64,000 nt of DNA from IMG/VR virus record IMGVR_UViG_3300024239_000011, positions 248,001 to 312,000 of that record. The stretch is one strand, 5' to 3'. The notes under the pieces were generated by a model. It was given only the letters and a program-made list of their open reading frames with translations. It had not been told where the DNA came from and searched no databases. The position numbers and the translations under genes were made by a program. Below are positions 29,164 to 38,665 of this stretch, piece by piece. Numbering within the stretch: the first letter of the stretch is position 1; every line of letters begins with the position of its first letter.

Positions 29164-30123
29164 ATGAGACAGAAAGTCGTCATGATGGTGGGGTTCCCCG
29201 CCGCAGGGAAGGGCACCCTCACCCGTGAATTATCCGACGAAGGCTATGTGGTGTTGAACCGCGATAGCGTCGGTGGATCGATTGCGGGTCTGGTTCCGAA
29301 GCTGGAAGACCTTCTGGCGGCTGGCAAGTCTGTGGTGCTGGACAACACCAACGGGACCGTCGAAACCCGCAAGCAGTTCATCGACGTGTGCAAGAACCGT
29401 GGCGTTGCCATTGAGGCGTTCCACGTCGATACGTCGATTGAAGATGCCCAGATCAACGCTCTGCATCGCATGTGGGACCGTTACCGGATGATCTTCTACA
29501 CCGATGCCGATATCAAGGCGCATCCGGACGCGAAGAAAGACCCCAATATCTTCCCGGTGCATGTGCTGTTCTCGTATCGCAAGCAGTTCGAGAAGCCCAC
29601 TACCGCCGAAGGTTTCACTGCGGTCAAGAAGATCAATTTCGAACGCCGTCCGCTGGGGTCAGAATACCATAATTCTGCGGTGATCTTCGACTACGACGAC
29701 ACCTTGCGCACAGTGGCTCCCGGTGCTGCTTACAAGTACCCGACCAAGCCCGAAGAAGTGACCATTCTCCCTGGTCGTGCTGAGAAACTTCAGGCACTCG
29801 CCAATCAGGGCGTGATCCTGCTTGGGGTGTCCAATCAGTCGGGCATTGCCAAGGGTCATTTGTCGGTTGAAGACGCCGACCGGTGCTTCCGCCACACTAA
29901 TGAGCAGCTTGGGGTGAATGTTGACTATAAGTTTTGTCGTCATGCGGTACCGCCGGTTAGTTGCTATTGTCGCAAGCCAGGGCAAGGTATCGCAATAGAA
30001 CTAATACGCCGTTACTATCTTGATCCAGCGAAGGTGCTGTTTGTTGGTGATCAAACTACTGATAGGACATTTGCGATGCGGGCGGGATTTGCCTATTCGG
30101 ACCAAGCCGATTATTTCGCTTAG
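29164..30123 (+). CDS. Polynucleotide 5'-kinase/3'-phosphatase-like (P-loop plus HAD)
   Basis: GFPAAGKGT, VLDNTN...R; DYDDT, SNQSG, CYCRKP, VGD...D. Confidence 0.85.
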   Translation: MRQKVVMMVGFPAAGKGTLTRELSDEGYVVLNRDSVGGSIAGLVPKLEDLLAAGKSVVLDNTNGTVETRKQFIDVCKNRGVAIEAFHVDTSIEDAQINALHRMWDRYRMIFYTDADIKAHPDAKKDPNIFPVHVLFSYRKQFEKPTTAEGFTAVKKINFERRPLGSEYHNSAVIFDYDDTLRTVAPGAAYKYPTKPEEVTILPGRAEKLQALANQGVILLGVSNQSGIAKGHLSVEDADRCFRHTNEQLGVNVDYKFCRHAVPPVSCYCRKPGQGIAIELIRRYYLDPAKVLFVGDQTTDRTFAMRAGFAYSDQADYFA

Positions 30124-30241
30124 GTAGCCCGTCTGATCTAATTGCCTGTTTTGTTCTCACGATGGTGGGTGACATGACTACTGACAAGACTTGGGCTACC
30201 AAACTTGGTTTCACCTTCGTAGATGTGGATGAGTATTTCAA

Positions 30242-30472
30242 ATGAAAGATTTTGTTGAATTGGTGAGAACCGGACAAACCGAAGCAGCCTACCGACGTTT
30301 ACAATACGTTTTGCGGTCCAAGATTACCGAGCAACTAAAAATGGCACCGGATGAAGCGAATGCTTTCGTCGCGCGGGCGTATACCGTTCCCATGCCTCCG
30401 GAGCGGAGCATGACGCTTGAAGAAGCCTTTAAAGAATGCCGGTTAGCATTTATGCAAATTATGTCGGTATGA
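30242..30472 (+). CDS. Hypothetical protein, paralog A
   Basis: Similar to the next ORF (G...A...LQYV.R......QLKM.P.....FV.R). Confidence 0.65.
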   Translation: MKDFVELVRTGQTEAAYRRLQYVLRSKITEQLKMAPDEANAFVARAYTVPMPPERSMTLEEAFKECRLAFMQIMSV

Positions 30473-30492
30473 CCGAACACTTGAGGTGAACG

Positions 30493-30729
30493 ATGAGAAC
30501 ATACCTTCATTTAATGGGTCAGGGAAAAGCTCGTGAAGCATTTTTGCATTTGCAATATGTCACCCGGTACGAGCTTGCAACACAACTAAAGATGTCACCA
30601 ACATCACGTGATGACTTTGTTCAACGAAGCGATCCATATAAAGTATTGTCAGTGAATAATGCTCTGCAATATTATCATATGGCAACCGAGGCATTGAAAA
30701 ATGGAATCGAAGGAGATTGCTCCCTATGA
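30493..30729 (+). CDS. Hypothetical protein, paralog B
   Basis: GAGG RBS; similar to the previous ORF. Confidence 0.65.
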   Translation: MRTYLHLMGQGKAREAFLHLQYVTRYELATQLKMSPTSRDDFVQRSDPYKVLSVNNALQYYHMATEALKNGIEGDCSL

Positions 30730-31040
30730 ATAGTTATCAAATCATTAAATTGTGGTCTGTCCACACTACGGTTAATGAGTGGGGTGCTGTCGGTTCATTG
30801 GTTGGTTATTTCACCAGCGAAGACAAAGCCAAAGTCGCTGCTGAAGGGCGCGGCTGGTGGGGTGGCGAAGGGGCGATCCGTGAGACGGCGGGGATTACCG
30901 TCCATCCCGGTTTGACCTTCCCGTTGGCGGACATCACGCCGTTGAAACTCGATGTGGATTTGATCACCGATGCCGCAAAGGTGCGGCAGGATGCTTTGAA
31001 GAAGTTGACACCGCGTGAACGAGAAATCCTGGGGGTGTAA
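30726..31040 (+). CDS. Hypothetical protein
   Basis: C-terminal ALKKLTPREREILGV tail common in small phage proteins. Confidence 0.7.
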   Translation: MNSYQIIKLWSVHTTVNEWGAVGSLVGYFTSEDKAKVAAEGRGWWGGEGAIRETAGITVHPGLTFPLADITPLKLDVDLITDAAKVRQDALKKLTPREREILGV

Positions 31041-31354
31041 TGTTTAGTTTCTATGTTCTCAGCATCCTTGCCTGTATTTTTGGGGCAATGGCATCCGTGT
31101 TGATTTCTCATCTCATCTACGATTTATTTGGATTGATTACGAACGCTTGGATACGGCGCCCGATCCGGTTAGCGGTGGTAATTGTAGCGGTGCCGTTTAT
31201 TATGCTTTGTACCTATTCTGGTCGCATCATCCATGCATTCACCGGGCAGGTAAAACAGATCGAGCTTGCTCAGATTGACGGTAAGCCGGTTTATGCAAAA
31301 GCGTGGCGCTACAAGGAATTGTGGCAAGACGAATGGACAGATTGGGAGTTGTAG
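31040..31354 (+). CDS. Hypothetical membrane protein
   Basis: Two hydrophobic segments. Confidence 0.6.
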   Translation: MFSFYVLSILACIFGAMASVLISHLIYDLFGLITNAWIRRPIRLAVVIVAVPFIMLCTYSGRIIHAFTGQVKQIELAQIDGKPVYAKAWRYKELWQDEWTDWEL

Positions 31355-31357
31355 CAA

Positions 31358-31627
31358 ATGGTTGCCTATAATAGTGGACCCATGTCGATGGGACAACTGA
31401 TCAAGCAAGCACATAGTATTGGAAATTTCGCAGATGACGCACCTCTGTTCTTGGATTTTACGGGTGGTTATTGGTGTTGTGGTCGGGTTGAATTTATTAC
31501 CAACGATGCTGTGCTGATGCACATGCTTGAGGATGATGACGGGAAGTATACCGGTGAGAATGTCACTGTTGTCCCGCTTGAGGGTTTAGAACTTGCGTGG
31601 TGGAACCATGCCGAGAAAGAAGACTAA
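31358..31627 (+). CDS. Hypothetical protein
   Basis: Tightly packed operon ORF. Confidence 0.55.
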   Translation: MVAYNSGPMSMGQLIKQAHSIGNFADDAPLFLDFTGGYWCCGRVEFITNDAVLMHMLEDDDGKYTGENVTVVPLEGLELAWWNHAEKED

Positions 31628-31961
31628 GGAACAGAAGGCATCCAAGCCGACAAATACGGCTATCAATGTCTTACAGAAAACGCTTGAAAAATCCATCACA
31701 ACAGCCGAACAGCAGTTTGAAAAACTGCGTGGTAGGGTTGCCTTGGAGATATTGGTTTTTTCAGAGCATGGGTTTAAAAACGTACCCGTGCGCATGGAAG
31801 AAGATGTTCTTCTGCTCGCAACTGCATACGACAAATTCCTAAAAGGAGATGTCTTTGCGAAGTTTAGTGCGTGGTGCAAAAACGAGGGATACCGGTTCAA
31901 ACTCTGGCAGACCGACGATGGTGCGTCAAAGATTGTTCGTGGTGTGTTGATGGAGTGGTAA
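31608..31961 (+). CDS. Hypothetical protein
   Basis: Tightly packed operon ORF. Confidence 0.55.
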   Translation: MPRKKTKEQKASKPTNTAINVLQKTLEKSITTAEQQFEKLRGRVALEILVFSEHGFKNVPVRMEEDVLLLATAYDKFLKGDVFAKFSAWCKNEGYRFKLWQTDDGASKIVRGVLMEW

Positions 31962-32198
31962 GTGAATATTTTTCAATTCATGTCGGATAGTCCGGTGTTG
32001 ACGTTTTTTCTGGCTGTCATCGCATCGAACCTGATTTTTCAGTGTTGGAATAGATTCTGGCGTCATTGGACATTGCGCAAAAATGGTTATCCCCCGGCGC
32101 ATTGCAATGCCGATGGTGATTTTCAAACAGAAGTAAACATTGAGGATGAGATCGAGGATGACGATTATGAAAAAGTTCGTAGAACCCGTACAGCTTGA
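31962..32198 (+). CDS. Small membrane protein
   Basis: One TM segment then GYPPAHCNADGDF. Confidence 0.65.
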   Translation: MNIFQFMSDSPVLTFFLAVIASNLIFQCWNRFWRHWTLRKNGYPPAHCNADGDFQTEVNIEDEIEDDDYEKVRRTRTA

Positions 32199-32676
32199 AC
32201 TTCCATATGTTCCGCCCAAACCTCGTCCTCGGCGTTTTAGCGACGACATGTGGCGATTGGCCACTGAGCAATCAATGCCAGATATCATCGCGTGGCTGGG
32301 TAACAGCTACAAACCGTCACAGTATGAGGAAGTATTCGAAGACATCCTTGACGTAGTGATGCACGAAGATAGTGGGTATGACCGTCTAAAGCGTCTGGAT
32401 ACCAAACATGGTTGGTATGGGTCTGACGACGATCTTCATGAGATCATCGCTTGTATTGACACCTTCAACGTTCACCAACAAGCAATGCGTTATTGGGTAC
32501 AGGCATACAACGTAAAACCTCAATACCACATGGGCACCTTGGTACATACTAAGTATGGTCTTGGTGAAATTACCCGTATCATTGAAGAAACGGCTGAATA
32601 TGTCGTGCGGTGTGATGGTCAATCGGCGGGGAGTGGCTACGTTCTTGCGTATGAAGATATCAATGTTTCCCGCTGA
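32167..32676 (+). CDS. Hypothetical protein
   Basis: GAGG RBS; clean ORF. Confidence 0.65.
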   Translation: MKKFVEPVQLELPYVPPKPRPRRFSDDMWRLATEQSMPDIIAWLGNSYKPSQYEEVFEDILDVVMHEDSGYDRLKRLDTKHGWYGSDDDLHEIIACIDTFNVHQQAMRYWVQAYNVKPQYHMGTLVHTKYGLGEITRIIEETAEYVVRCDGQSAGSGYVLAYEDINVSR

Positions 32677-33085
32677 AATTGTTAAACAGCAGACCGATTC
32701 GGATTGCTTCTTGTGTTGCGTGGCAATGGCTCTCGCAGTTCCATATGAAACCCTCTGTAAGCGTATTGGTGATCTGGTCAAGCCAATACAGGTGCGCGGT
32801 TCATATGATGCTGACGAGGTTGTTGTGCTGACACGGATGGGGTTGACCGAACATGTCCATTACATACGCCTAATTATGATGCCGCAATACGCCCAGACGC
32901 CGTTCCTGCGCAACGTATTATGGGGTAGGAGAGCAATTATCGCGGTGGCGAGCAAGAACAACCGAGATGGTAAACATGCCATCTACTGGGATGGAAACGA
33001 GCTTCACGACCCATCCAACCGCGAGATTTACTCGTGGGGCGAAGTCCACCCGATTTCCATGATCATTTTTCAAGAGGTTAGTTGA
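32663..33085 (+). CDS. Putative C39-like cysteine peptidase
   Basis: QQTDSDC...AM, HAIYWDG, HDP (Q/C/H/D pattern). Confidence 0.6.
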   Translation: MFPAEIVKQQTDSDCFLCCVAMALAVPYETLCKRIGDLVKPIQVRGSYDADEVVVLTRMGLTEHVHYIRLIMMPQYAQTPFLRNVLWGRRAIIAVASKNNRDGKHAIYWDGNELHDPSNREIYSWGEVHPISMIIFQEVS

Positions 33086-33387
33086 TGAAACTTATGGAGA
33101 AAGTCACGGTCACTCGTGAAATTGATGTAGCGCCCTGTGTGAAGTGCGGTGGTGATGACATCGACATTTATGACTGTGGATATTCAACCTTCAATGTCGG
33201 TGGTGGTGAGTGTCGCACATGTGGTCATAAGGTGACGAATAACCACCTGGGTTGCTTTCCAACAAAGACGGAATTGGCAGCCATCTGGAATGCCGGGAAT
33301 GACCTTGAGGGGTTGATAAAAGCCGAGAAAGACAAAATTGAAATTGCCCAGGCTCGGATTGCCGAACTGGAAAAGCACCGGAAATGA
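33085..33387 (+). CDS. Lar-like zinc-ribbon protein
   Basis: PCVKCGG...CRTCG...AAIWN. Confidence 0.55.
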   Translation: MKLMEKVTVTREIDVAPCVKCGGDDIDIYDCGYSTFNVGGGECRTCGHKVTNNHLGCFPTKTELAAIWNAGNDLEGLIKAEKDKIEIAQARIAELEKHRK

Positions 33388-33417
33388 AAATGGGGTCCGA
33401 TGGACCCCATTTTCTTT
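33386..33417. terminator. Bidirectional terminator
   Basis: GAAAATGGGGTCC-GAT-GGACCCCATTTTC between convergent genes. Confidence 0.7.
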
Positions 33418-33835
33418 AGATCGGACGGAAGCGCGGCGTGCGATCTTCCTGTGTGGTGCGCGCCGCCAGGAATTCCCGCACTTTCGGATTGGAGTGCGGA
33501 CGGAACACATGCTCGTGGTGCTTCCAGAACGCCTTGCGATCATCCGGGGACGTACCCCGATAGTCGCCGCTGCCTTCCATGCCGTTGTGCATCGTCTTGA
33601 AGCACAGCATGTTCTCCCCGAACCGGCGAATGCGGTAGTGAACGATGTCCAGCGTGCCGATCACGGTGAAGCACTCGAACCCGCCGATGGCGCCGCTTAC
33701 CACGAGGTCGATGCCGTGTTCGAAGTTCTCGATGGGCGTGTTCATGTTCTCGATGGCAGTGACACCGAACGGCGCCACCGGCTTATCCAGCACGACCACT
33801 TCCGCTTCATCGATGTATTCAAGACCGGTTTTCAT
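33416..33835 (-). CDS. Hypothetical protein
   Basis: ORF ending at the terminator. Confidence 0.55.
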   Translation of the reverse strand: MKTGLEYIDEAEVVVLDKPVAPFGVTAIENMNTPIENFEHGIDLVVSGAIGGFECFTVIGTLDIVHYRIRRFGENMLCFKTMHNGMEGSGDYRGTSPDDRKAFWKHHEHVFRPHSNPKVREFLAARTTQEDRTPRFRPI

Positions 33836-34079
33836 GCGCAACCCCTTTAAATGTTGGGCAGACAATAACAACCCCCAATCATAAAGTCAATCGGATGGGG
33901 GTTGACAATTATGGGTTGCCATGTATTATTACCCGAGATTTGATGAGGCAACGACAATGGCTGCGTTCGGTAGGGGTCACCCAGAACCCGCGAAGCGATG
34001 CCATATACCCGTACTTCCAATTGCTGGGTCCGCAGGATGTGTCCAACGTCCTTGCTTTCCGTTTGGGGCTGATGTTGCG

Positions 34080-34442
34080 ATGACTGATCTTTACACCTCC
34101 CTGGTATCCATCGGCTTTGGTCTGGGTGCCAGTCTGAGCATCGGGCTTGGCTTCCTGACCATGGTCGAAACCAAGGTCGAACAGTGTCGGCGTGAGCGCC
34201 TGTACGAAGCCATGGTCAAGTATGCGTTCAAGGGTCGTCAGGGCATGTTTTCATCCGTGCTGCGGGAGACATGGGAACTCGGGCTGCCTCTGAAGCCCTT
34301 GGTCGCGTACCTCGACTGGTTCCGCTTCCAGAAGCTTCAGTACCCGTGGTATGCTGAGCAGTTGGATCGCATCTTCCTCTATAGTCTGCGCCGGGTCGTA
34401 ATCGAGGGCGAAACCCCCGAGAACCTTCGGTACTATAGATAA
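34080..34442 (+). CDS. Hypothetical protein with N-terminal TM segment
   Basis: Start MTDLY coupled to a small upstream ORF. Confidence 0.6.
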   Translation: MTDLYTSLVSIGFGLGASLSIGLGFLTMVETKVEQCRRERLYEAMVKYAFKGRQGMFSSVLRETWELGLPLKPLVAYLDWFRFQKLQYPWYAEQLDRIFLYSLRRVVIEGETPENLRYYR

Positions 34443-34487
34443 AACCCGGTTTTTACCCTCGCTAAATAACCAAAACGCGGGGGTAAA

Positions 34488-35432
34488 ATGACCGACGATC
34501 TGATTGTTTTTCCTGAAGAGAACAAAACAAGAACATCAACTGAACTTGTCATTGGTGACTGTCTCGAAGTCGTGAAGAGATTGCGGGATGACGGAGTGCG
34601 TTTCGATGCCATCGTCACTGATCCGCCCTACGAGATCAACTACATGAATAAGGCATGGGATTCCACTGGCGTGGCATTCTCGGTCAATACCTGGGCATTG
34701 TTTCGTGAAGTATTAAAGCCGGGTGGGTTCTTGTTGGCGTTCTCAGCCACCCGTCTCTATCATCGAATGGCAGTTGCGATTGAAGACGCTGGGTATGAGG
34801 TCTACCCAATGCTCGCGTGGCAATTCCCCGGTGGACTTCCCAAGCCAATGAACGTCGCGAATCTTTTCGACCGCGACAATCAGGTTGAACGAAAGGTCGT
34901 TGGTACCAAAAAAGCTTCTGGATATACCAAGGCACTGGTTCAGCACGGGGTCCAGAATTACAATTCCTTTGAGTTCGCGCAGTATGAAACTGCGGTGTCC
35001 GACGAAGCAAAGGAATGGAACGGCTACTACTACGGTGTGAATACACTGAAGCCTGCGATGGAGCCGATCTTCATGGGCCGGAACCCGATCTCGGAACCGC
35101 GCGTCATTGACAATTTGCGGGTCCATCGTACCGGGGCGATCAATATTGGGGAACTAAAAGAACGCCGGGGTGGGAATTATCCGACCAACGTCATTGAATG
35201 TCGGAAGTCAAACAAGAACGAACACCAGTCGGACCATCCGACTGTCAAGCCGACATTGTTGATGGAGGACTTGGTTACTTTGGTTTGTCCGAAGGGAGGC
35301 CGTGTTCTTGATCCGTTCGCCGGAACCGGTACAACCGGTATCGCGTGTCAAAATGTCGGTCGGGATTGTACTCTCATCGAACACAATCCCGACATGGAAC
35401 CAGTAATTCGGCGCCGTCTCAACCAGGGATGA
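34488..35432 (+). CDS. Beta-class N4-C/N6-A DNA methyltransferase
   Basis: GDCL, VTDPPY, HPTVKP, VLDPFAGTGTT; TAAATA at 34463-34468. Confidence 0.92.
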   Translation: MTDDLIVFPEENKTRTSTELVIGDCLEVVKRLRDDGVRFDAIVTDPPYEINYMNKAWDSTGVAFSVNTWALFREVLKPGGFLLAFSATRLYHRMAVAIEDAGYEVYPMLAWQFPGGLPKPMNVANLFDRDNQVERKVVGTKKASGYTKALVQHGVQNYNSFEFAQYETAVSDEAKEWNGYYYGVNTLKPAMEPIFMGRNPISEPRVIDNLRVHRTGAINIGELKERRGGNYPTNVIECRKSNKNEHQSDHPTVKPTLLMEDLVTLVCPKGGRVLDPFAGTGTTGIACQNVGRDCTLIEHNPDMEPVIRRRLNQG

Positions 35433-36603
35433 AGTCCTCTTCTTCCTCGTGGATGACCAGACTAAAACCCAGCGTGTCCGGAATACTCGGGTCTTTCCCA
35501 ATGAGAGCGACCAGTTCTTGGAGAAGATCGGCGGCACGTGTCAAGTCGTTTCCGACTCGTTCTTCTTTGACCTTCCGAGTTCCATCTTCATGGAAGTTGT
35601 TGTAGACGCCCTTGATGCCGCCATTCCCCTTCAGAAACGCCAGTGCCTTTTCTTCATCCGTAATCCCCATGTTGCGCAAGCGAGTTACCACACCTGCCAT
35701 TTCAGAAATTCTGCTGCGCGCCCACCGTGTACAAGCATCCTTTACCGGTGTTACATAATGCGCCACGCAGACGCTCGTGATAGGAACCTTTGTATTCTCT
35801 GCGGGTTTGAGTCCGCTTTCCGCGATCAGATGGGCGAACACCGAAGGGTTCGCCTCGACGTGCGCTACCATGGCGGGCATACGCGCAAGCTGACGTAATC
35901 TAATTTCATCCGAACATCCCGCTTGCATGAGAAGGGTCCGGTCGGCGTCGCAGTCGGCGGAACGGTCATCCATCGGGATGAAGTTAAAGTTCAAGCCCCA
36001 CAGGAAGGAGAACTGCTCCTTCAAGAACTCACGCGGGGCGCCAAGCTTGGTCTGGAAAGCCACAAAGGCACTGCGCGCCCTCTCGTGGTCCAGGCAGTCC
36101 GCCAGTTCGTAGCGCGACTCCTTACCGTCACACACCGCTTTCCACATGGGGCAACCGAGGTATTCCGCCCACAGCAGAAAGAGGTGCTTCATGTCCTTCC
36201 GACTGACTTTGCACGGAAGGCGGTGTTTGCCGTAACGAAGCGCGCTTACTTCCCACGGGTACGGAATGCGCATTTTCCATACGGAGCGCGCGGGGGAACC
36301 CTGGCGCGGCACCTCCTTGAACCAGCCGAGGCTAAAATCCGATGCCCAATAAAGGGTCTTCGGAATGCCCAGGCGTTCGGACAAGGCCGCTTGCCAGGAC
36401 TTGTCCCGCCAGCGCATTACGCCTTCCGCCACACCCTTGGATTGGGTGGAGGTACCATGCTCGAACCTGAAACAAATGACCGGCGCCATCGTCTCATAGA
36501 CGATATAATCCGGGCGGTTCCCCACGCCCCAGCCGTCGCCATAGAAAAAATCGGGTCCACTGATCGCCGGGGCGCTGTGACCGGCACGGGCAGATTTGAG
36601 CAT
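35419..36603 (-). CDS. Hypothetical protein (394 aa)
   Basis: Long ORF with GGAGG RBS. Confidence 0.7.
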   Translation of the reverse strand: MLKSARAGHSAPAISGPDFFYGDGWGVGNRPDYIVYETMAPVICFRFEHGTSTQSKGVAEGVMRWRDKSWQAALSERLGIPKTLYWASDFSLGWFKEVPRQGSPARSVWKMRIPYPWEVSALRYGKHRLPCKVSRKDMKHLFLLWAEYLGCPMWKAVCDGKESRYELADCLDHERARSAFVAFQTKLGAPREFLKEQFSFLWGLNFNFIPMDDRSADCDADRTLLMQAGCSDEIRLRQLARMPAMVAHVEANPSVFAHLIAESGLKPAENTKVPITSVCVAHYVTPVKDACTRWARSRISEMAGVVTRLRNMGITDEEKALAFLKGNGGIKGVYNNFHEDGTRKVKEERVGNDLTRAADLLQELVALIGKDPSIPDTLGFSLVIHEEEEDFIPG

Positions 36604-36826
36604 TTTCGCCTCCCTCTATCTCTTTCATCCTATCTTCTCGCGAAAAAATGTCAAGCCGCCCTGGATCATTCAAAGCGATTTTCGCTCTAACTCCGTGAAA
36701 ACAATCACCTTTTCCTCATTCAGTTTGTCGCCTTGCCAAAATCGGTCAAAGTGTGTACAAATAGATCATCGAATTGCCACACGGCGTAATAACGAAATGC
36801 CACCCGGCTCAAACGGAGTAACTGCC

Positions 36827-37468
36827 ATGAACTTCAGCCCCGCCCTGTCGAACAGCATGCCCACCGAAGAGCGCATCCAGCAGATGCGCGAAAACATCCT
36901 GAACAACTCGCCGCGTGGCACGGACGACGCCATGACCGCCATCGGGGTCACCGAAGAGTTCCAGCGCCGCATTCTGCGCCGTGCCTTCAACTCCACCCTG
37001 AAGCCCGGCGGCTCCAACCATGATCTGGTCACCACCGGCAAGTGGATGCGCCACCGCGAAAAGACCGCCGGGCTGGAAGGCGCCCCCAAGGGCAAGCCGG
37101 TGATGGCTTACCAGCCCACCGTGTCCACGGTGGTCGAAATGCAGCGGATTATTGGGTCGCATGCCGACGCTCTTCCTCCCGCTGTCATTGAAAATATGGC
37201 GGTGGTCGCGGACATCTTTACTCAGCGATCCGGCAAATCGCTGCGCGAAATGGACCTCTACACCATCGGTGAAGCGATCTCCAAATCGCACGAAGCCAGC
37301 GCGACCCAGTTGATCATCGAGCGCAAGGATCGCGAAACGGCTGAAAAGCTTCTGGAAGCCGAGCGCCGTGTTTCCGAAACTGAGCGGAAGGCTAAGGAAC
37401 AGCTTGCCGATATCGTCAATCGTCTGCTGCCCGCCGGGTCCGCCAATCTTCCTGCCGCTGCTGGCTAA
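36827..37468 (+). CDS. Hypothetical protein with C-terminal coiled coil
   Basis: GGAG RBS before MNFSP; biased codons. Confidence 0.7.
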   Translation: MNFSPALSNSMPTEERIQQMRENILNNSPRGTDDAMTAIGVTEEFQRRILRRAFNSTLKPGGSNHDLVTTGKWMRHREKTAGLEGAPKGKPVMAYQPTVSTVVEMQRIIGSHADALPPAVIENMAVVADIFTQRSGKSLREMDLYTIGEAISKSHEASATQLIIERKDRETAEKLLEAERRVSETERKAKEQLADIVNRLLPAGSANLPAAAG

Positions 37469-37540
37469 AACTTCGCCGCAGGCTCTTTACATTAAGTCCC
37501 CGCCACGTTATACTGGCGGGGACTTCGTTTGGAGGTAGTC

Positions 37541-38632
37541 ATGGACCCGCTTCTTCTTTCCGACAAGCTTACGAAGGCGTTCCAGCGTGTGGTTGACACA
37601 CCGGACGCAGTGGCGGGCGCCATTGTCCGAATGCTCACCGCCGAGGGCAAAACCCTCCACGACGTGAGGCTGATCGTTGACGATACGTTGATCGATCTGG
37701 TCCGCCGCCAAGCCGCTGAACTGGAAACTCTCCGTCAGTACGCGCCCCGTACCTGGGCTGACTTCGAACAACTGGCTGCGTCCAAGATCAGCATGAAGGG
37801 TGCCAAGGGTACGTGGATTGGCAATTTGGCGAAGCGTATCAAGTTCGATCCCAATATGCTGAAACAGTGCAAGGACACTGGTTATGTACCCAGGTCCGTC
37901 GTGCAAATGGTGATGCAGCTTCCTGATCTGGACACGACCGGCGTTGACCTGACCAAGGAAATCGAAGACTTCCTGATCCAGTGTGACAACAACGGCATCA
38001 GTCAGTACACTCTTGCTAAGGTTCTGTCGGCTATTGCCGGGAAGGACATTACCGAAGGGCAGATACAGCGAGCCTATCAGAAAGCGCCCAAGGGCGAGAT
38101 TCTGCCCGCCGACAGCGACGTGTCCCTGAAATCCGCCGAACTCAAGCGCATTGGCGAAAGCCTGTTCGGTATGTCGAACAAGCGGAAGCTGTATCGCTTC
38201 ATGGATACCTGGGGGGTCCACAACGGTGTCGAATATGTGAGAGGCGGGGCGGATAAGGTTCTCAAACTTTCTCAAACGAAGAAACTTCGGGAGGCGTACT
38301 ACCGCGAACTGAAGCTTCGTGCTGCCAACCCGAAGTATGCTGCGCTGAGCCTTCAATATGCTCTGGTTCCGCGCTGCAAGAAGGGTTCCAAGGATCGTGG
38401 CAACATGTCGTCTGAGGCGTTCGTTGCTCTGGCGAAGGGCTGGTTCGGGGATGATTTCGTCCCGTACATCGCCGCCTTCATCGGTTTCGATGAACGCAGC
38501 ATTCGCGACATCGTTAGCGGCTCTCGCCCGGTCACCGTTGAGTTGGAACAGTGGTTGCAGCAAGTTGTGAGCAACCCGGCCCCGGTCAACGATGATGGCG
38601 GCGCCGACGAGGAAGAACGCGAAGCGGTGTAA
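37541..38632 (+). CDS. Hypothetical protein, possible C-terminal HTH
   Basis: GGAGG RBS; IAAFIGFDERSIRDIVSG.RPV resembles an XRE-type HTH. Confidence 0.7.
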   Translation: MDPLLLSDKLTKAFQRVVDTPDAVAGAIVRMLTAEGKTLHDVRLIVDDTLIDLVRRQAAELETLRQYAPRTWADFEQLAASKISMKGAKGTWIGNLAKRIKFDPNMLKQCKDTGYVPRSVVQMVMQLPDLDTTGVDLTKEIEDFLIQCDNNGISQYTLAKVLSAIAGKDITEGQIQRAYQKAPKGEILPADSDVSLKSAELKRIGESLFGMSNKRKLYRFMDTWGVHNGVEYVRGGADKVLKLSQTKKLREAYYRELKLRAANPKYAALSLQYALVPRCKKGSKDRGNMSSEAFVALAKGWFGDDFVPYIAAFIGFDERSIRDIVSGSRPVTVELEQWLQQVVSNPAPVNDDGGADEEEREAV

Positions 38633-38634
38633 AG

Positions 38635-38665
38635 GAAAAGGCGGGGATCACTCCCCGCCTTTCTC
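38635..38665. terminator. Bidirectional terminator
   Basis: AAAGGCGGGGA-TCAC-TCCCCGCCTTT between convergent genes. Confidence 0.75.

Noticed and set aside
35923-38563. Long ORFs 35923-36690 (+) and 37508-38563 (-)
   Set aside because: Antisense shadows of RBS-bearing genes on the opposite strand.
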